Program-made: the position numbers and the translations under genes | The notes under the pieces: model-generated | What the model was told of the DNA's origin: nothing | Seen by the model: the letters and a program-made list of their open reading frames with translations, nothing else | The model's database searches: none | Shown here: positions 26,805 through 35,943 of the stretch, one piece after another | How positions within the stretch are numbered: the stretch's first letter is position 1 | How the letters are laid out: each line of letters starts with the position of its first letter | From: a virus | Reading direction: 5' to 3' (one strand) | DNA length: 47,239 nucleotides | Virus record (IMG/VR): IMGVR_UViG_3300045988_137371

Positions 26805-27327
26805 TATATGTAATCTCCCCAGTTATTTTAAAGCCGTTCCAAGGCCACATTAAGTATTGCGTATCGATCTCATCACACGAAAAGCCGGAAAACACATTGC
26901 TGTATTTCTCATATATTTTATCTACAGTGACATTAGGACATAGCTTCAAGCATCCCAAAACATAATCCTTGCAAAGATCGATATCCATCATTTCGCTAGT
27001 ACCTTCTTTGTACCAAACGATAAGAGAGTACCCGACTTTGTATTTATTCGTTTCGAATGATACATAGTTGATACTCTCTATTGGATCATCTAGCATGATG
27101 AAAGCGTAACCATGACCACGGCTATCTAATGGTAACATATCCTCATATTCCCCATTACCTATATAGAAACCGGGATAACGGTATTTTTTTCCGTTTCTTA
27201 TCCGCTCATTAGCCCTCGCACGCCCATATACGTAATCGATAAATGGGACACTACACAGAGCGTCTAAAATAGAGTCTATTTTATTACCTAAAGCAGACTC
27301 AAAGTAGTTGTTAATTTTCTTTGCCAT
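26788..27327 (-). CDS. Hypothetical protein (head-tail connector region)
   Basis: 179-aa ORF. The call is positional. Confidence 0.5.
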   Translation of the reverse strand: MAKKINNYFESALGNKIDSILDALCSVPFIDYVYGRARANERIRNGKKYRYPGFYIGNGEYEDMLPLDSRGHGYAFIMLDDPIESINYVSFETNKYKVGYSLIVWYKEGTSEMMDIDLCKDYVLGCLKLCPNVTVDKIYEKYSNVFSGFSCDEIDTQYLMWPWNGFKITGEITYNEPCK

Positions 27328-27769
27328 TCAATTTGTCTTTTAATTCGTTCAACACTTTAGGGTAAAGATAATGGTAAATTATATCGTTTAGGTTCTCATC
27401 CGTCAAACCTATAATTTCATCCCCGTACCCCAACATCAATTTTTCGGCTTTCCAGTCTCCCGCCTTGATTTCAAATCCATCTTCCGTAAAATCGATGAAA
27501 AATGAGGCCTCAAAGTCTCCCGTATCACGTAACGTAACTCTGTTTGTCGGCTGGCCTTTCTCTTTCTTGATCGCTATAGTCATAGGGCTGTAAGGAGCAT
27601 AACTAGCAATAGATACGTTATCCCTAGTTATTCCTTCTTCGTATAATTGCGCTTCCGTGTTATAATCCAAGATTATTTCTTGGTTTTCCTCGATACCTTC
27701 TCTAAGTATATCCGGTATGCTTTTCTCGAAGCCCTTCAACTTACGTATTAGATTTGTGATCACTCTCAT
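27311..27769 (-). CDS. Hypothetical protein (head-tail connector region)
   Basis: 152-aa ORF. The call is positional. Confidence 0.5.
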   Translation of the reverse strand: MRVITNLIRKLKGFEKSIPDILREGIEENQEIILDYNTEAQLYEEGITRDNVSIASYAPYSPMTIAIKKEKGQPTNRVTLRDTGDFEASFFIDFTEDGFEIKAGDWKAEKLMLGYGDEIIGLTDENLNDIIYHYLYPKVLNELKDKLNGKEN

Positions 27770-28917
27770 ACCGTCTGCATTCTTATACCGTTATTCCTGC
27801 AAGGCATACATATTTTATTGAGACCGCTAAAATCTGTCTTGATAGCTTGGTATGCTTTCTCTAGCTCCCACTTTAGGCCAGATCGCCTAGGACTTTGAGT
27901 ATCGCCGTCTATTTCATAGAGCAATTCGTTTCGCTGGAAATTCTGATTCATCCGATTAATCCTAAAGTTGGGATTATAAGCGAACTCACGAAGCATATCG
28001 CAAGCGAATTGCAAACCCAGCACATTTACGAATGCCTCAATATTTTCCTCGATAAATCTTGTATGATCACAATAAATAGAGAACTTGATATTTAGGCCAT
28101 AATTGGTTAGAGGCGTATAGATGTTATCCGCAATATCCCACATTGGAACTATTCCCGCCTCATTTGGCTCGCCGGGTTTTATCCTCATTGGATAGAACTC
28201 AACATAGGGCGATAGCATTTGATAGGTTGCGTAGTCATAGCTTCCACAACTCATACACGGTTTCTTGGAGAAATCACGGTTCTTTGACACGGCTCTGGCT
28301 GTGCCTAAAGCCTTTTCTTCGTATACGAGATAGTAAGAACCGCCGCACTTGTTTTCGTCTTGATAGGGCAATAAGATAGGCTCTTCTAGCTTTATCCAGT
28401 TCATACCACCTTTTACGGACGCATGCACCGTTATCGTTTGCAAGGGTTCCGGAATATCGGAATGATAAAGGGAGATCGGTATATCCAGTTCCAAACCTGT
28501 ATTGTCCCGATCCATTATTTGCAATCCTATTTCCTCAATGGCCAAAATAACCCCTTCTACCCTTACCGGGGTAATCTCAAATCCTACATGGCTGTTAGTC
28601 GTAGCCACTGTATCATATATCCGGGCGGTTCCGTCAAATATCGGTCTGCGATCGATTATGCTCTTTGCCATTTTATCGCCCATCTTTTCGAGAAAGAAAT
28701 CCCGAATTACCTTTGAGGCTGTAGCCTTCTTCTTTTTCTGTAACCACATAGCTTGTAATGTCTCCGTGTTACACTTTTGAGGCATTATCGATACGATATT
28801 ATCAGCCGTGATCATAGGATGAAACGAATTTGCGCTGATCTTACCTGTAATATCTTCTATATCATCTACCGCTATTCTATTAGCCAGCAGATCGGATGTT
28901 TTGTTTATATCATACAT
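27766..28917 (-). CDS. Hypothetical structural-module protein
   Basis: 383-aa ORF downstream of the capsid gene. Confidence 0.55.
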   Translation of the reverse strand: MYDINKTSDLLANRIAVDDIEDITGKISANSFHPMITADNIVSIMPQKCNTETLQAMWLQKKKKATASKVIRDFFLEKMGDKMAKSIIDRRPIFDGTARIYDTVATTNSHVGFEITPVRVEGVILAIEEIGLQIMDRDNTGLELDIPISLYHSDIPEPLQTITVHASVKGGMNWIKLEEPILLPYQDENKCGGSYYLVYEEKALGTARAVSKNRDFSKKPCMSCGSYDYATYQMLSPYVEFYPMRIKPGEPNEAGIVPMWDIADNIYTPLTNYGLNIKFSIYCDHTRFIEENIEAFVNVLGLQFACDMLREFAYNPNFRINRMNQNFQRNELLYEIDGDTQSPRRSGLKWELEKAYQAIKTDFSGLNKICMPCRNNGIRMQTV

Positions 28918-28930
28918 ATCATATAAAATT

Positions 28931-28966
28931 AAAAAAGGGAAGGAAAGCTATTGCCGTCCTTCCCTT
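28931..28966 (-). terminator. Strong intrinsic terminator after the major capsid gene
   Basis: Perfect 10-bp stem aagggaagga/tccttccctt with a 12-nt loop, then UUUUUU on the minus strand. Confidence 0.8.
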
Positions 28967-28991
28967 GGAGGTAAAAATAGAATATGGAAAC

Positions 28992-30110
28992 TTACGCACC
29001 CGCTGCGACAGCCTTAGTTGGAATAGGCTTATCTTCTGGGTTTGAAACAACGACTTTCTTGTAGTCCTCTACTGTCTCCTTTGCGATCTGGAATTTCAGA
29101 TAAGGAGAAGGGCGGGTATTAGCGTCACTATTATAAGCCGTGATATAAGCTACATCAACGGCGAATCCGAAATGCTCTTTCAAATTTCGTTTCATGTCTT
29201 TTGTAGCGTCCCCGCCAATAGTGTTATAATCCCCTACTGATTGGTAGTAGTACGTACCAACCGGAATGTCAAGAACTGGCAATGTCGTGATATCCCACTC
29301 GTAAGAAAGATTAGTCTTCGTACGGGCTAAACACTCACGCTCGAAACGTGCCAACATACCCAATTGAGAACCGCTAATTGCGTAACCGCTGGCGAACTGA
29401 TCATCCTCATTCGTTAACCGGTTCGTAAAGCCGAATGACTTGCCGGAAAATTCAAGGCGTTTGTTTACTGCGTTATACTCTCCTTTTTGGTTCAACTTAT
29501 TCAGCAACGATTGGATACCAGTATTACCAACAATGTGTACCGGGCCATAGTAATCATTAGCGGAGAAGATCGGCTCCAAGTCTGAGAGAATGTTTTCACG
29601 ATCTTTCCAGTTTACGTTGATAACGTTACCAGTCTTATCGTAGATCAACGGATCGTTGATAACTTTAGATTTAACAGTTGCCAACTGCGCTAAAGCGTCA
29701 GTATCCATCTTTTCGCCCAGCTTGTAGATGTACTTCATCATCTTCGTATTGAAATCACGCTGTGCGCCGATCTCATTATTTTGGTACATCACAGGAACCA
29801 TCGTGAAACCCCAAGCGTAAGTAACAAAATTGATCGTTACCATCTTTGATGTGTTTTCTGAATCGGCGATCTCTAAAGTTCTTTCAGAGCCAATAGTAAT
29901 CGCACCATCATAATCGATTACCGGAACCTCGAAGACACGGCCATTGCTCTGGTTGACCTTATCTTTCATTTCTTGTGTGACAATTGAGTCCGGATCATTA
30001 GACATTGCCTTGAATGCGTCCAAAGCCCCGTATCTTGATGCCCGGTATTCGTTTTTGTCAATGTTTGTAGACGAACGCAAATTTTGCATTCTTGTGAGAA
30101 CTAAACTCAT
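28992..30110 (-). CDS. Major capsid protein
   Basis: 372 aa, following portal and scaffold and followed by a strong terminator. Composition looks G+C-enriched by eye. Confidence 0.7.
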   Translation of the reverse strand: MSLVLTRMQNLRSSTNIDKNEYRASRYGALDAFKAMSNDPDSIVTQEMKDKVNQSNGRVFEVPVIDYDGAITIGSERTLEIADSENTSKMVTINFVTYAWGFTMVPVMYQNNEIGAQRDFNTKMMKYIYKLGEKMDTDALAQLATVKSKVINDPLIYDKTGNVINVNWKDRENILSDLEPIFSANDYYGPVHIVGNTGIQSLLNKLNQKGEYNAVNKRLEFSGKSFGFTNRLTNEDDQFASGYAISGSQLGMLARFERECLARTKTNLSYEWDITTLPVLDIPVGTYYYQSVGDYNTIGGDATKDMKRNLKEHFGFAVDVAYITAYNSDANTRPSPYLKFQIAKETVEDYKKVVVSNPEDKPIPTKAVAAGA

Positions 30111-30162
30111 GCTGTTTTAATTTTAAAGTGTTAATTAAAAAGCGTTACCCTTGCGCCGTGAT

Positions 30163-31086
30163 TTATTGTATAGGCAGATTTGAAACCTCTAACTCCGATC
30201 TGATCTCTCCTAGTTTAGCGGAGAAATCTTCGCTATCTCGTGTGAACCCGGATGCCATTAAATGGTTTGCGATGATCTCATCCGCTTCAACCTGTGTTTT
30301 TGCGCCGGAGATATCTACTGTACCACCTTTGCCGCCTTTGCCGCCTTTACTTCCGTTCCCTCTTTGTTCTCTACCATTATCAATGATATCCTTCAAATTG
30401 GTAAGCAACATTTCTTTTGCGGAATAAGGCTGCAATTGATTTGCCGGGTTTTTAAGGATGTTTCCGTCTTTATCCCTAAAGATAAGACTTTGTTTCCCGT
30501 TCTCATCCACAAATTCCGGTTTATTTTCCGCTAAGATACTGTTTTTTGCGTTATTGATCATAATGTTGATCACGTTTTCCGGATATTCAGACTTGAATTT
30601 CACTCCATTTAGAGCCTTAACGAACTCTGTATCAACTATAGACATATTGTATTTGCCTTGCAGATCATTGTATTTGTTTTGCAAGTCATCTACTTGTGTC
30701 TTGTAGGTATTCTCTACATCCTTTAGTTGTTGCTGAGCATCCTTCAATTGCTGTTTGATTACCTCGTTACCTTCTCCGGCCTCGATCTTAGCTTTTAGAG
30801 TTTCGATTGTAGATTTTAGCTCTGCCTTTTGAGCCTCGAACCCTTCTGATTGGGCCTTGTAATCCCCAAGAACTCTTTTCATGTAGTCGTAAGCCTTTTC
30901 CCCATCATTTTTCTTAACTCCTGTAAGAGTCAAAATATCTTGCTCATAGGCCCCGTGGATTTCCCCAGTCTTTTTACCGATAACAGCGTTTTCGTCATTC
31001 TCCGATAATTTCTCGATAGCGGCGATTTGCTCATCTGTCAATGTTGCTAATATGGCATTAGCCTTTATTATTTCTTTTTTTAACAT
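30163..31086 (-). CDS. Scaffolding protein
   Basis: 307 aa, coiled-coil rich (QQLKDAQQQLKD...), with a GNGSKGGKGGKGG linker. It is directly upstream of the capsid gene. Confidence 0.6.
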   Translation of the reverse strand: MLKKEIIKANAILATLTDEQIAAIEKLSENDENAVIGKKTGEIHGAYEQDILTLTGVKKNDGEKAYDYMKRVLGDYKAQSEGFEAQKAELKSTIETLKAKIEAGEGNEVIKQQLKDAQQQLKDVENTYKTQVDDLQNKYNDLQGKYNMSIVDTEFVKALNGVKFKSEYPENVINIMINNAKNSILAENKPEFVDENGKQSLIFRDKDGNILKNPANQLQPYSAKEMLLTNLKDIIDNGREQRGNGSKGGKGGKGGTVDISGAKTQVEADEIIANHLMASGFTRDSEDFSAKLGEIRSELEVSNLPIQ

Positions 31087-31096
31087 GGCTCAATCT

Positions 31097-31471
31097 TTAC
31101 GGTTCGTGAATGACATAGATTTCTTTTCCGGGCAAAGTAGCTCTTTGGAAAATCATGAACTCATTTTTACCCATGATCTGAACTACTCCGTTCTCCTTCG
31201 GTTTTCCAGTAACAGGATCGAAAGTTATTTTAGGCATGATCAACACATGCACCATGTTTTCCGTCCCCTCCTTTACTTTATAGTTAGAAGCGATCTTTTT
31301 AATCAATGCCTCCCTTGGAGATAAATGAGAATTAGATTTCTCATTATTCTCCGCTTCCAGATTCATTTCCGTTGATGTTTCTACGGATTCCTCCTTCGTT
31401 TCCTTCACTAGCTCCTGTTTGGGCTGTTTTAGAACTTCCTCTTGCAATTTGTCCAATGTTTCTTTTGGCAT
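31097..31471 (-). CDS. Hypothetical E/K-rich protein overlapping the portal 3' end by 128 nt
   Basis: ORF track. An alternative start at MNLEAENN (about 31366) would still overlap. Confidence 0.45.
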   Translation of the reverse strand: MPKETLDKLQEEVLKQPKQELVKETKEESVETSTEMNLEAENNEKSNSHLSPREALIKKIASNYKVKEGTENMVHVLIMPKITFDPVTGKPKENGVVQIMGKNEFMIFQRATLPGKEIYVIHEP

Positions 31472-33158
31472 ACTCTTTTAATTTTTCAGTTATTATTTCA
31501 ATTTTTCGTCCGAAATCTAAATTAGCTCCGAACTCAATGATATTTATGTTATTGCGCTCAAAGGTATCGATATAGTTCGAGAAATTCAACTTTAACTCTA
31601 ATAAAACTGGATCAATTAAATCCCTATTCGCAATCTGCATGAGTTCGTTAAACGTCTTGTGCCTATATGGTTCCAGTTGTTTTAGTATCAACATCCTTTG
31701 CAATTGAACCGGATTATTCCGGTTTTCCGTAGATATGATAAGATCAGATATCATATCTAAGCGTGATTCACTCGCACCGCTTTGCTTCGCTTTATCATAG
31801 ATGCTCTGCAAGTCCTCTACCGAATATAGATAGAACTCGGTTCCCCAGTTGATGTTTGAGTTTAGGAAATATTTCCCGTATCGAAGCCTACACACGGTAT
31901 CATCCACGAACTTTTGAGCCTTCTCAAAGTTTCTCTTTAACGACAAAAGAACCGTTGTGCGGCTTTCGTAATTGGATTCAACCTGCAATTCATTGATAGC
32001 TTTCGTTTTTTGCAGTTCTCCATCTTCTCCAACTATGGCCCTAAAAATCGAGTCCTCTATACGCCTTACTTCTTCTACGTTATAATCTAACGATTCCCGG
32101 TCTATTCCCGTTATCTCGATAGGCTTTCGCAAATCCTTGGTATCATTCGTTGGAACTGGGATTTCGATATAGCTACCGGGGCCTCTGATCTTCTTTGTGC
32201 CACAAATAGGGCACTCTTTTATTGCTCCTTCATTCGTGATCACATATGATCCTTGCGCATTCCTTAGATAGCTACCATCGCAATATTCCCCGGTCTGATT
32301 GTTTCGATACGAGCAATCTTGCTGATAACCGGAATAGATAGGATAAGGGGCGTACATGTCTAATTGCCGCTTAGAGACTTTATAGAACAAAAGCCAATCA
32401 AGATTATCCAGCTGATCGGCGATTGGGCTATCTTTAATATCCGGCTCCCGGCTATTTAACGCCGTGCTCCAAAAAAACATAGCTGGACAATACCCTAGAT
32501 CATGCCTCGACTCATTCAGCGTCTCGATAATTTCTTTCCGATCATTTACCCTTACTAATCGGTAATACTCATCATCCAAGATCGCTAAAACATCCTTTTC
32601 AACGTAATAGATAAGCAATGTCATTTCCCCATTCTCTGTTTTGTAATCATAGACATGGGATATATCCAGCCAATAGAAATACGGCTCTGGCAATGTCCCT
32701 TTTTGCTCACGAGGTAAGTCTACGACTAAAACCGAATTTATGGATGTTTTCAAGGCGTTCCAACCTTTTTCATGCCATATATCCGGTTCATGTAATACGT
32801 CCTGTCTATAATATTCCCAATCATCCGCATATTTTGAGTCTAGGAAATTATAAATAACGGCCGCATTGCGACCGTTAAACACTCTTTCTAGCTCTTTATA
32901 TATTCTCGATACTAGCTCTACCGTCTGAATAGGGAATCTGAATAATTGAAGGAAGAAATTGTACTTATCTAATGGAAGACGCTGCTTAACATCGTTTAGG
33001 AAATCGGTCAAGGGCAACCCAGCATCGAAAGTGCTCAAATACTTTTCAGTATGGAACTTTAATCGATTCTGGTATTTTATAGCCTTGCCTATTTCCCTGT
33101 TATGCTTCGGCTCCTTTAGAATTACTTGTACGTCGTTCAATTCCATTATAGTATTCAA
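31344..33158 (-). CDS. Portal protein
   Basis: 604 aa. The size and the position between the terminase and scaffold/capsid genes support the call. Confidence 0.75.
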   Translation of the reverse strand: MNTIMELNDVQVILKEPKHNREIGKAIKYQNRLKFHTEKYLSTFDAGLPLTDFLNDVKQRLPLDKYNFFLQLFRFPIQTVELVSRIYKELERVFNGRNAAVIYNFLDSKYADDWEYYRQDVLHEPDIWHEKGWNALKTSINSVLVVDLPREQKGTLPEPYFYWLDISHVYDYKTENGEMTLLIYYVEKDVLAILDDEYYRLVRVNDRKEIIETLNESRHDLGYCPAMFFWSTALNSREPDIKDSPIADQLDNLDWLLFYKVSKRQLDMYAPYPIYSGYQQDCSYRNNQTGEYCDGSYLRNAQGSYVITNEGAIKECPICGTKKIRGPGSYIEIPVPTNDTKDLRKPIEITGIDRESLDYNVEEVRRIEDSIFRAIVGEDGELQKTKAINELQVESNYESRTTVLLSLKRNFEKAQKFVDDTVCRLRYGKYFLNSNINWGTEFYLYSVEDLQSIYDKAKQSGASESRLDMISDLIISTENRNNPVQLQRMLILKQLEPYRHKTFNELMQIANRDLIDPVLLELKLNFSNYIDTFERNNINIIEFGANLDFGRKIEIITEKLKEYAKRNIGQIARGSSKTAQTGASEGNEGGIRRNINGNESGSGE

Positions 33159-33303
33159 ATTGATAGGGTGAATCTTCTGGTAAACTCCAACCGCTGTTAG
33201 GAATTCTTAGAATTCTTTCAGCGTGATCTATCGTGAATTGCTGGGTATCGCCCATGTCATTCACTAGATCAACCATCGTAACTTTTGGCTTATTTAATTT
33301 CAT
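33100..33303 (-). CDS. Hypothetical small protein
   Basis: 67-aa ORF that overlaps the portal start by 59 nt. Confidence 0.4.
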   Translation of the reverse strand: MKLNKPKVTMVDLVNDMGDTQQFTIDHAERILRIPNSGWSLPEDSPYQFEYYNGIERRTSNSKGAEA

Positions 33304-33304
33304 A

Positions 33305-33958
33305 TCAAATTCCGCTAGAAGAATCTGAATCCGGGTTAACCAAATCCGTTAATGGATTAAAATCCTCTGGTTTGACAAAAACAAGATTATCGCTCCAATT
33401 CGGCTTGAACTTCCATGAGATATTATTTGAGCCGGTTCCTTCATATCCCCCAAATGAGTAGTCTCCTACAAACATGGAGAAGATAGGAATAGGTTCGTAT
33501 TTCGTGGGATTTGATGGGTTATCAGCCAAACAACCGATCATACCGTTGATATCGAAGATATAAACGCCTACCTCTTCGCACATCATCTTTTTCAATTGGG
33601 CGATCACGGATTGAGGCTGTCTTCGGATCACGGCTGCAAATTCCGTAGGAGAAGAACCTAAAGAGATAGGGATACCCCCTACAACCTCGTTACCGTCTCC
33701 GAACGTTCTTTCTTCTCCGGGTGTCGTTTCCGGCGCATTAAGATTAGGGCTGCAAGTAACCTTTGTTCCGTCTGCGGCTGAAAGTAATGGAGTCCAAGAC
33801 GCTTTCTTGGTAATATCTGCTACTTGGTTCTTGACTCCGGGCGTTTTAAACACTCGCTGAAATGCTACTTTCTGGATTTGATCCATATCTACCGGGCATG
33901 AGGCCGGGTTAATAGTCGGGATTGATGCTCCCGCCGGGCAATCACATACAATGCTCAT
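33305..33958 (-). CDS. Hypothetical protein with a Cys-containing N-terminus, inserted between terL and the portal
   Basis: 217 aa beginning MSIVCDCPAGASIPTINPASCPVD. It is preceded by a long leader carrying a promoter-like box. Confidence 0.6.
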   Translation of the reverse strand: MSIVCDCPAGASIPTINPASCPVDMDQIQKVAFQRVFKTPGVKNQVADITKKASWTPLLSAADGTKVTCSPNLNAPETTPGEERTFGDGNEVVGGIPISLGSSPTEFAAVIRRQPQSVIAQLKKMMCEEVGVYIFDINGMIGCLADNPSNPTKYEPIPIFSMFVGDYSFGGYEGTGSNNISWKFKPNWSDNLVFVKPEDFNPLTDLVNPDSDSSSGI

Positions 33959-34011
33959 TTGATTCTAATTTAACGTTAAACATCTAATCTATCACGTCCC
34001 TTAGTGACACA

Positions 34012-34038
34012 CAAATATAGTAATTATTTGGTATAAAA
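34012..34038 (-). promoter_or_regulatory. Promoter-like element (TAtaTTTG -7 box, poor -33) for 33305..33958
   Basis: Perfect -7 box followed by TGTGTCAC. The -33 reads TTTT at non-canonical spacing. Confidence 0.4.
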
Positions 34039-34141
34039 GACAATGGAGAAGCATTTCTACTTCTCCAAGTCAACAATAAACTGTAATACACATATGAACT
34101 TGTCTCACGACAAAACTAAATTATAAGAATGTTATGAATGA
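34033..34141 (-). ncRNA. Candidate small RNA 2 (from a promoter-like box to a hairpin)
   Basis: TActTTTG box at 34147..34154, an internal UUGUC-GUGA-GACAA hairpin, and a terminal GGAGAAG-N8-CUUCUCC hairpin with a weak U-tail. All frames are closed. Confidence 0.25.
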
Positions 34142-34146
34142 TATCA

Positions 34147-34181
34147 CAAAAGTAATAACATAATAGATATTCAGAAACAAA
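34147..34181 (-). promoter_or_regulatory. Promoter-like element (TTTG-N23-TActTTTG)
   Basis: Perfect -7 box. The spacer is at the long end of the accepted range. Confidence 0.3.
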
Positions 34182-34323
34182 AAGGGGAAACTTGTTCCCC
34201 TTTTCTAAGCCTTGATACTCTCGTAGGAAAGCCCATTTCATTCGTGAAGTACGTATCTAAAAAAATATCCTAATACAAAATACTCGAAAAAACCAACTTA
34301 CGTAAACGACTTACTTAACCCAA
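34176..34323 (-). ncRNA. Candidate small RNA 1 (~150 nt, promoter to terminator, no ORF)
   Basis: It starts just below the TAcaTTTG box at 34329..34336 and ends at the 34181..34203 terminator. All three frames close within ~13 codons. Confidence 0.35.
34181..34203 (-). terminator. Intrinsic terminator in the terL-downstream gap
   Basis: Minus strand reads AAAAGGGGAA-CAAGU-UUCCCCUUUUUGUUU. Confidence 0.7.
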
Positions 34324-34328
34324 CGCCG

Positions 34329-34359
34329 CAAATGTACTAGTTCTTTCTTTTAATTCCAA
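34329..34359 (-). promoter_or_regulatory. Promoter-like element (TTGG-N19-TAcaTTTGCGGCGT) overlapping the last codons of terL
   Basis: Perfect -7 box with the phage-typical YGG(T/C)GT extension. The -33 has one mismatch. Confidence 0.45.
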
Positions 34360-35857
34360 GTGAAAGTTCATCTAATATTATTTCCTTCTCTACTATTCCG
34401 GTTAAAACATCCTCTAAATCATCATGGGCGTTCGCATTGAATTTCTTCAAGAACTTTTTCAAATGATTGTATTCAAATGGGAAAAGTTCTTGCCAGCCCG
34501 CCGGAAATATAACGTGGTAGTTGACCAAACCGGCATTCGTGATGATCCTGCTTTCCTTGTTTTGGGACTGGCGAAAACAATGAAGATGAGCGTTAGTCTT
34601 TTTACGGATAAGGAAAGCAAAGCCACTACCACCGTTATTACTCTCGATCCAAGCGTAAGTAGCTTTTCGTTGCTCGATCATCCTTGGAACCGTGATCGAT
34701 GTAACCCTAATGTTTTCCTGCGAAGTGTACATATCTACTATAAGGATATATTTAATGGGCCTACCTTTTTCATCAACCTCGGTTAACGATTCATATACAT
34801 CGTAAACAACTGTACACAAATAGTCTTCTCCTTCATCTGCCACGTCCGTATATGATCCCCTGCGAATAAAACGGCCATATTGCGACTTCTTAGTATATGT
34901 ACGAAATGAGGTATATAGATAACCTTCTGCCGATCCGGGATGCCCTTGGTATAAACAATCGAATTGTTGCTTGTTCAATTTTCGTTTCAGTAGAAGTGTT
35001 TTTAGATTATGCCTTTCCGGGAACAATACTTCAAATTCTTTCCTTGGATCGATTTCAGTAGGCTCATCCGTTTTTATCGCCTCGAAATTGATCCGAACCC
35101 ATGCCCCGAACGGGATATTTTCAAGGTCAGACCATTTCTTAACATCTATCACTTGCTCTATTTCTTCCAGCTTTCCGATCAAGTCCTCATTATGCCATCG
35201 AGTGAAAACGATGAGTTCTTGACTTTCGTTATGAAGGCGGGATCGGACTACTGAGGTATACCAGTTCCATGCCTTTTCACGGATTATCGGGCTATTGGCC
35301 TCGGCGTGATCTTTGTAAACATCATCAAGTATCGATATGTCTACGGATTTAGAGGTTAAAGATGTGGATCGGCCAACGGCCCTTAACGATCCTTTGCGGC
35401 CTACGCACTCGATCACACGTGAGCTTCTTTTCCAACTTCCTTTTTTTTTGATTATCTCATTACGGGATAATACAGTAGTTGGGAATAGTTCTTGGTATTC
35501 TCTCTTATCCATGATCCGCTGCACGTCCGTACAGAAATCTTTTGCCGTATCGATATTATAGCATCCAATCACAATCTTTAAGTCCGGGTTCATGCCTAAA
35601 AGCATCGCCGGGGTTTTGCGGGTTGATCCTTCGCTTTTCCCATGCTGGGGAGGTACGGAGATCATGAGTTTTTTTATCTTGCCATGAATAAACATGTCAA
35701 GTATCTTGTAATACGTGTAATGGAAATCCGTCAATACTAATGATGGATCAATATAAGAGGCGAATGAGACCAGATCGTTTTTTGCCGCCTCTTTTACTAT
35801 ATCATCCGCATGAGACTTTACGAAGTCTTCTAATTCAGCATCTATTATTTCTTCCAT
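34337..35857 (-). CDS. terL: Terminase large subunit
   Basis: Walker A-like VPPQHGKSE, Walker B ISILDDVY, and a C-terminal nuclease region with acidic motifs (AHDDLEDV). 506 aa. Confidence 0.9.
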   Translation of the reverse strand: MEEIIDAELEDFVKSHADDIVKEAAKNDLVSFASYIDPSLVLTDFHYTYYKILDMFIHGKIKKLMISVPPQHGKSEGSTRKTPAMLLGMNPDLKIVIGCYNIDTAKDFCTDVQRIMDKREYQELFPTTVLSRNEIIKKKGSWKRSSRVIECVGRKGSLRAVGRSTSLTSKSVDISILDDVYKDHAEANSPIIREKAWNWYTSVVRSRLHNESQELIVFTRWHNEDLIGKLEEIEQVIDVKKWSDLENIPFGAWVRINFEAIKTDEPTEIDPRKEFEVLFPERHNLKTLLLKRKLNKQQFDCLYQGHPGSAEGYLYTSFRTYTKKSQYGRFIRRGSYTDVADEGEDYLCTVVYDVYESLTEVDEKGRPIKYILIVDMYTSQENIRVTSITVPRMIEQRKATYAWIESNNGGSGFAFLIRKKTNAHLHCFRQSQNKESRIITNAGLVNYHVIFPAGWQELFPFEYNHLKKFLKKFNANAHDDLEDVLTGIVEKEIILDELSLGIKRKN

Positions 35858-35943
35858 TTTGGAGTTTTTGAAAGTAGTTAAACGTATATTTAGGTGTTTT
35901 GCCGGGAATTTTGCTATTACGTATAGTCAAAAACGAAAATGCA

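Noticed and set aside
30111-30162. A possible hairpin between the scaffold and capsid genes (ggcgcaagggtaacgc followed by a T-run on the minus strand).
   Set aside because: The stem is only 3-4 bp, too weak to call a terminator.
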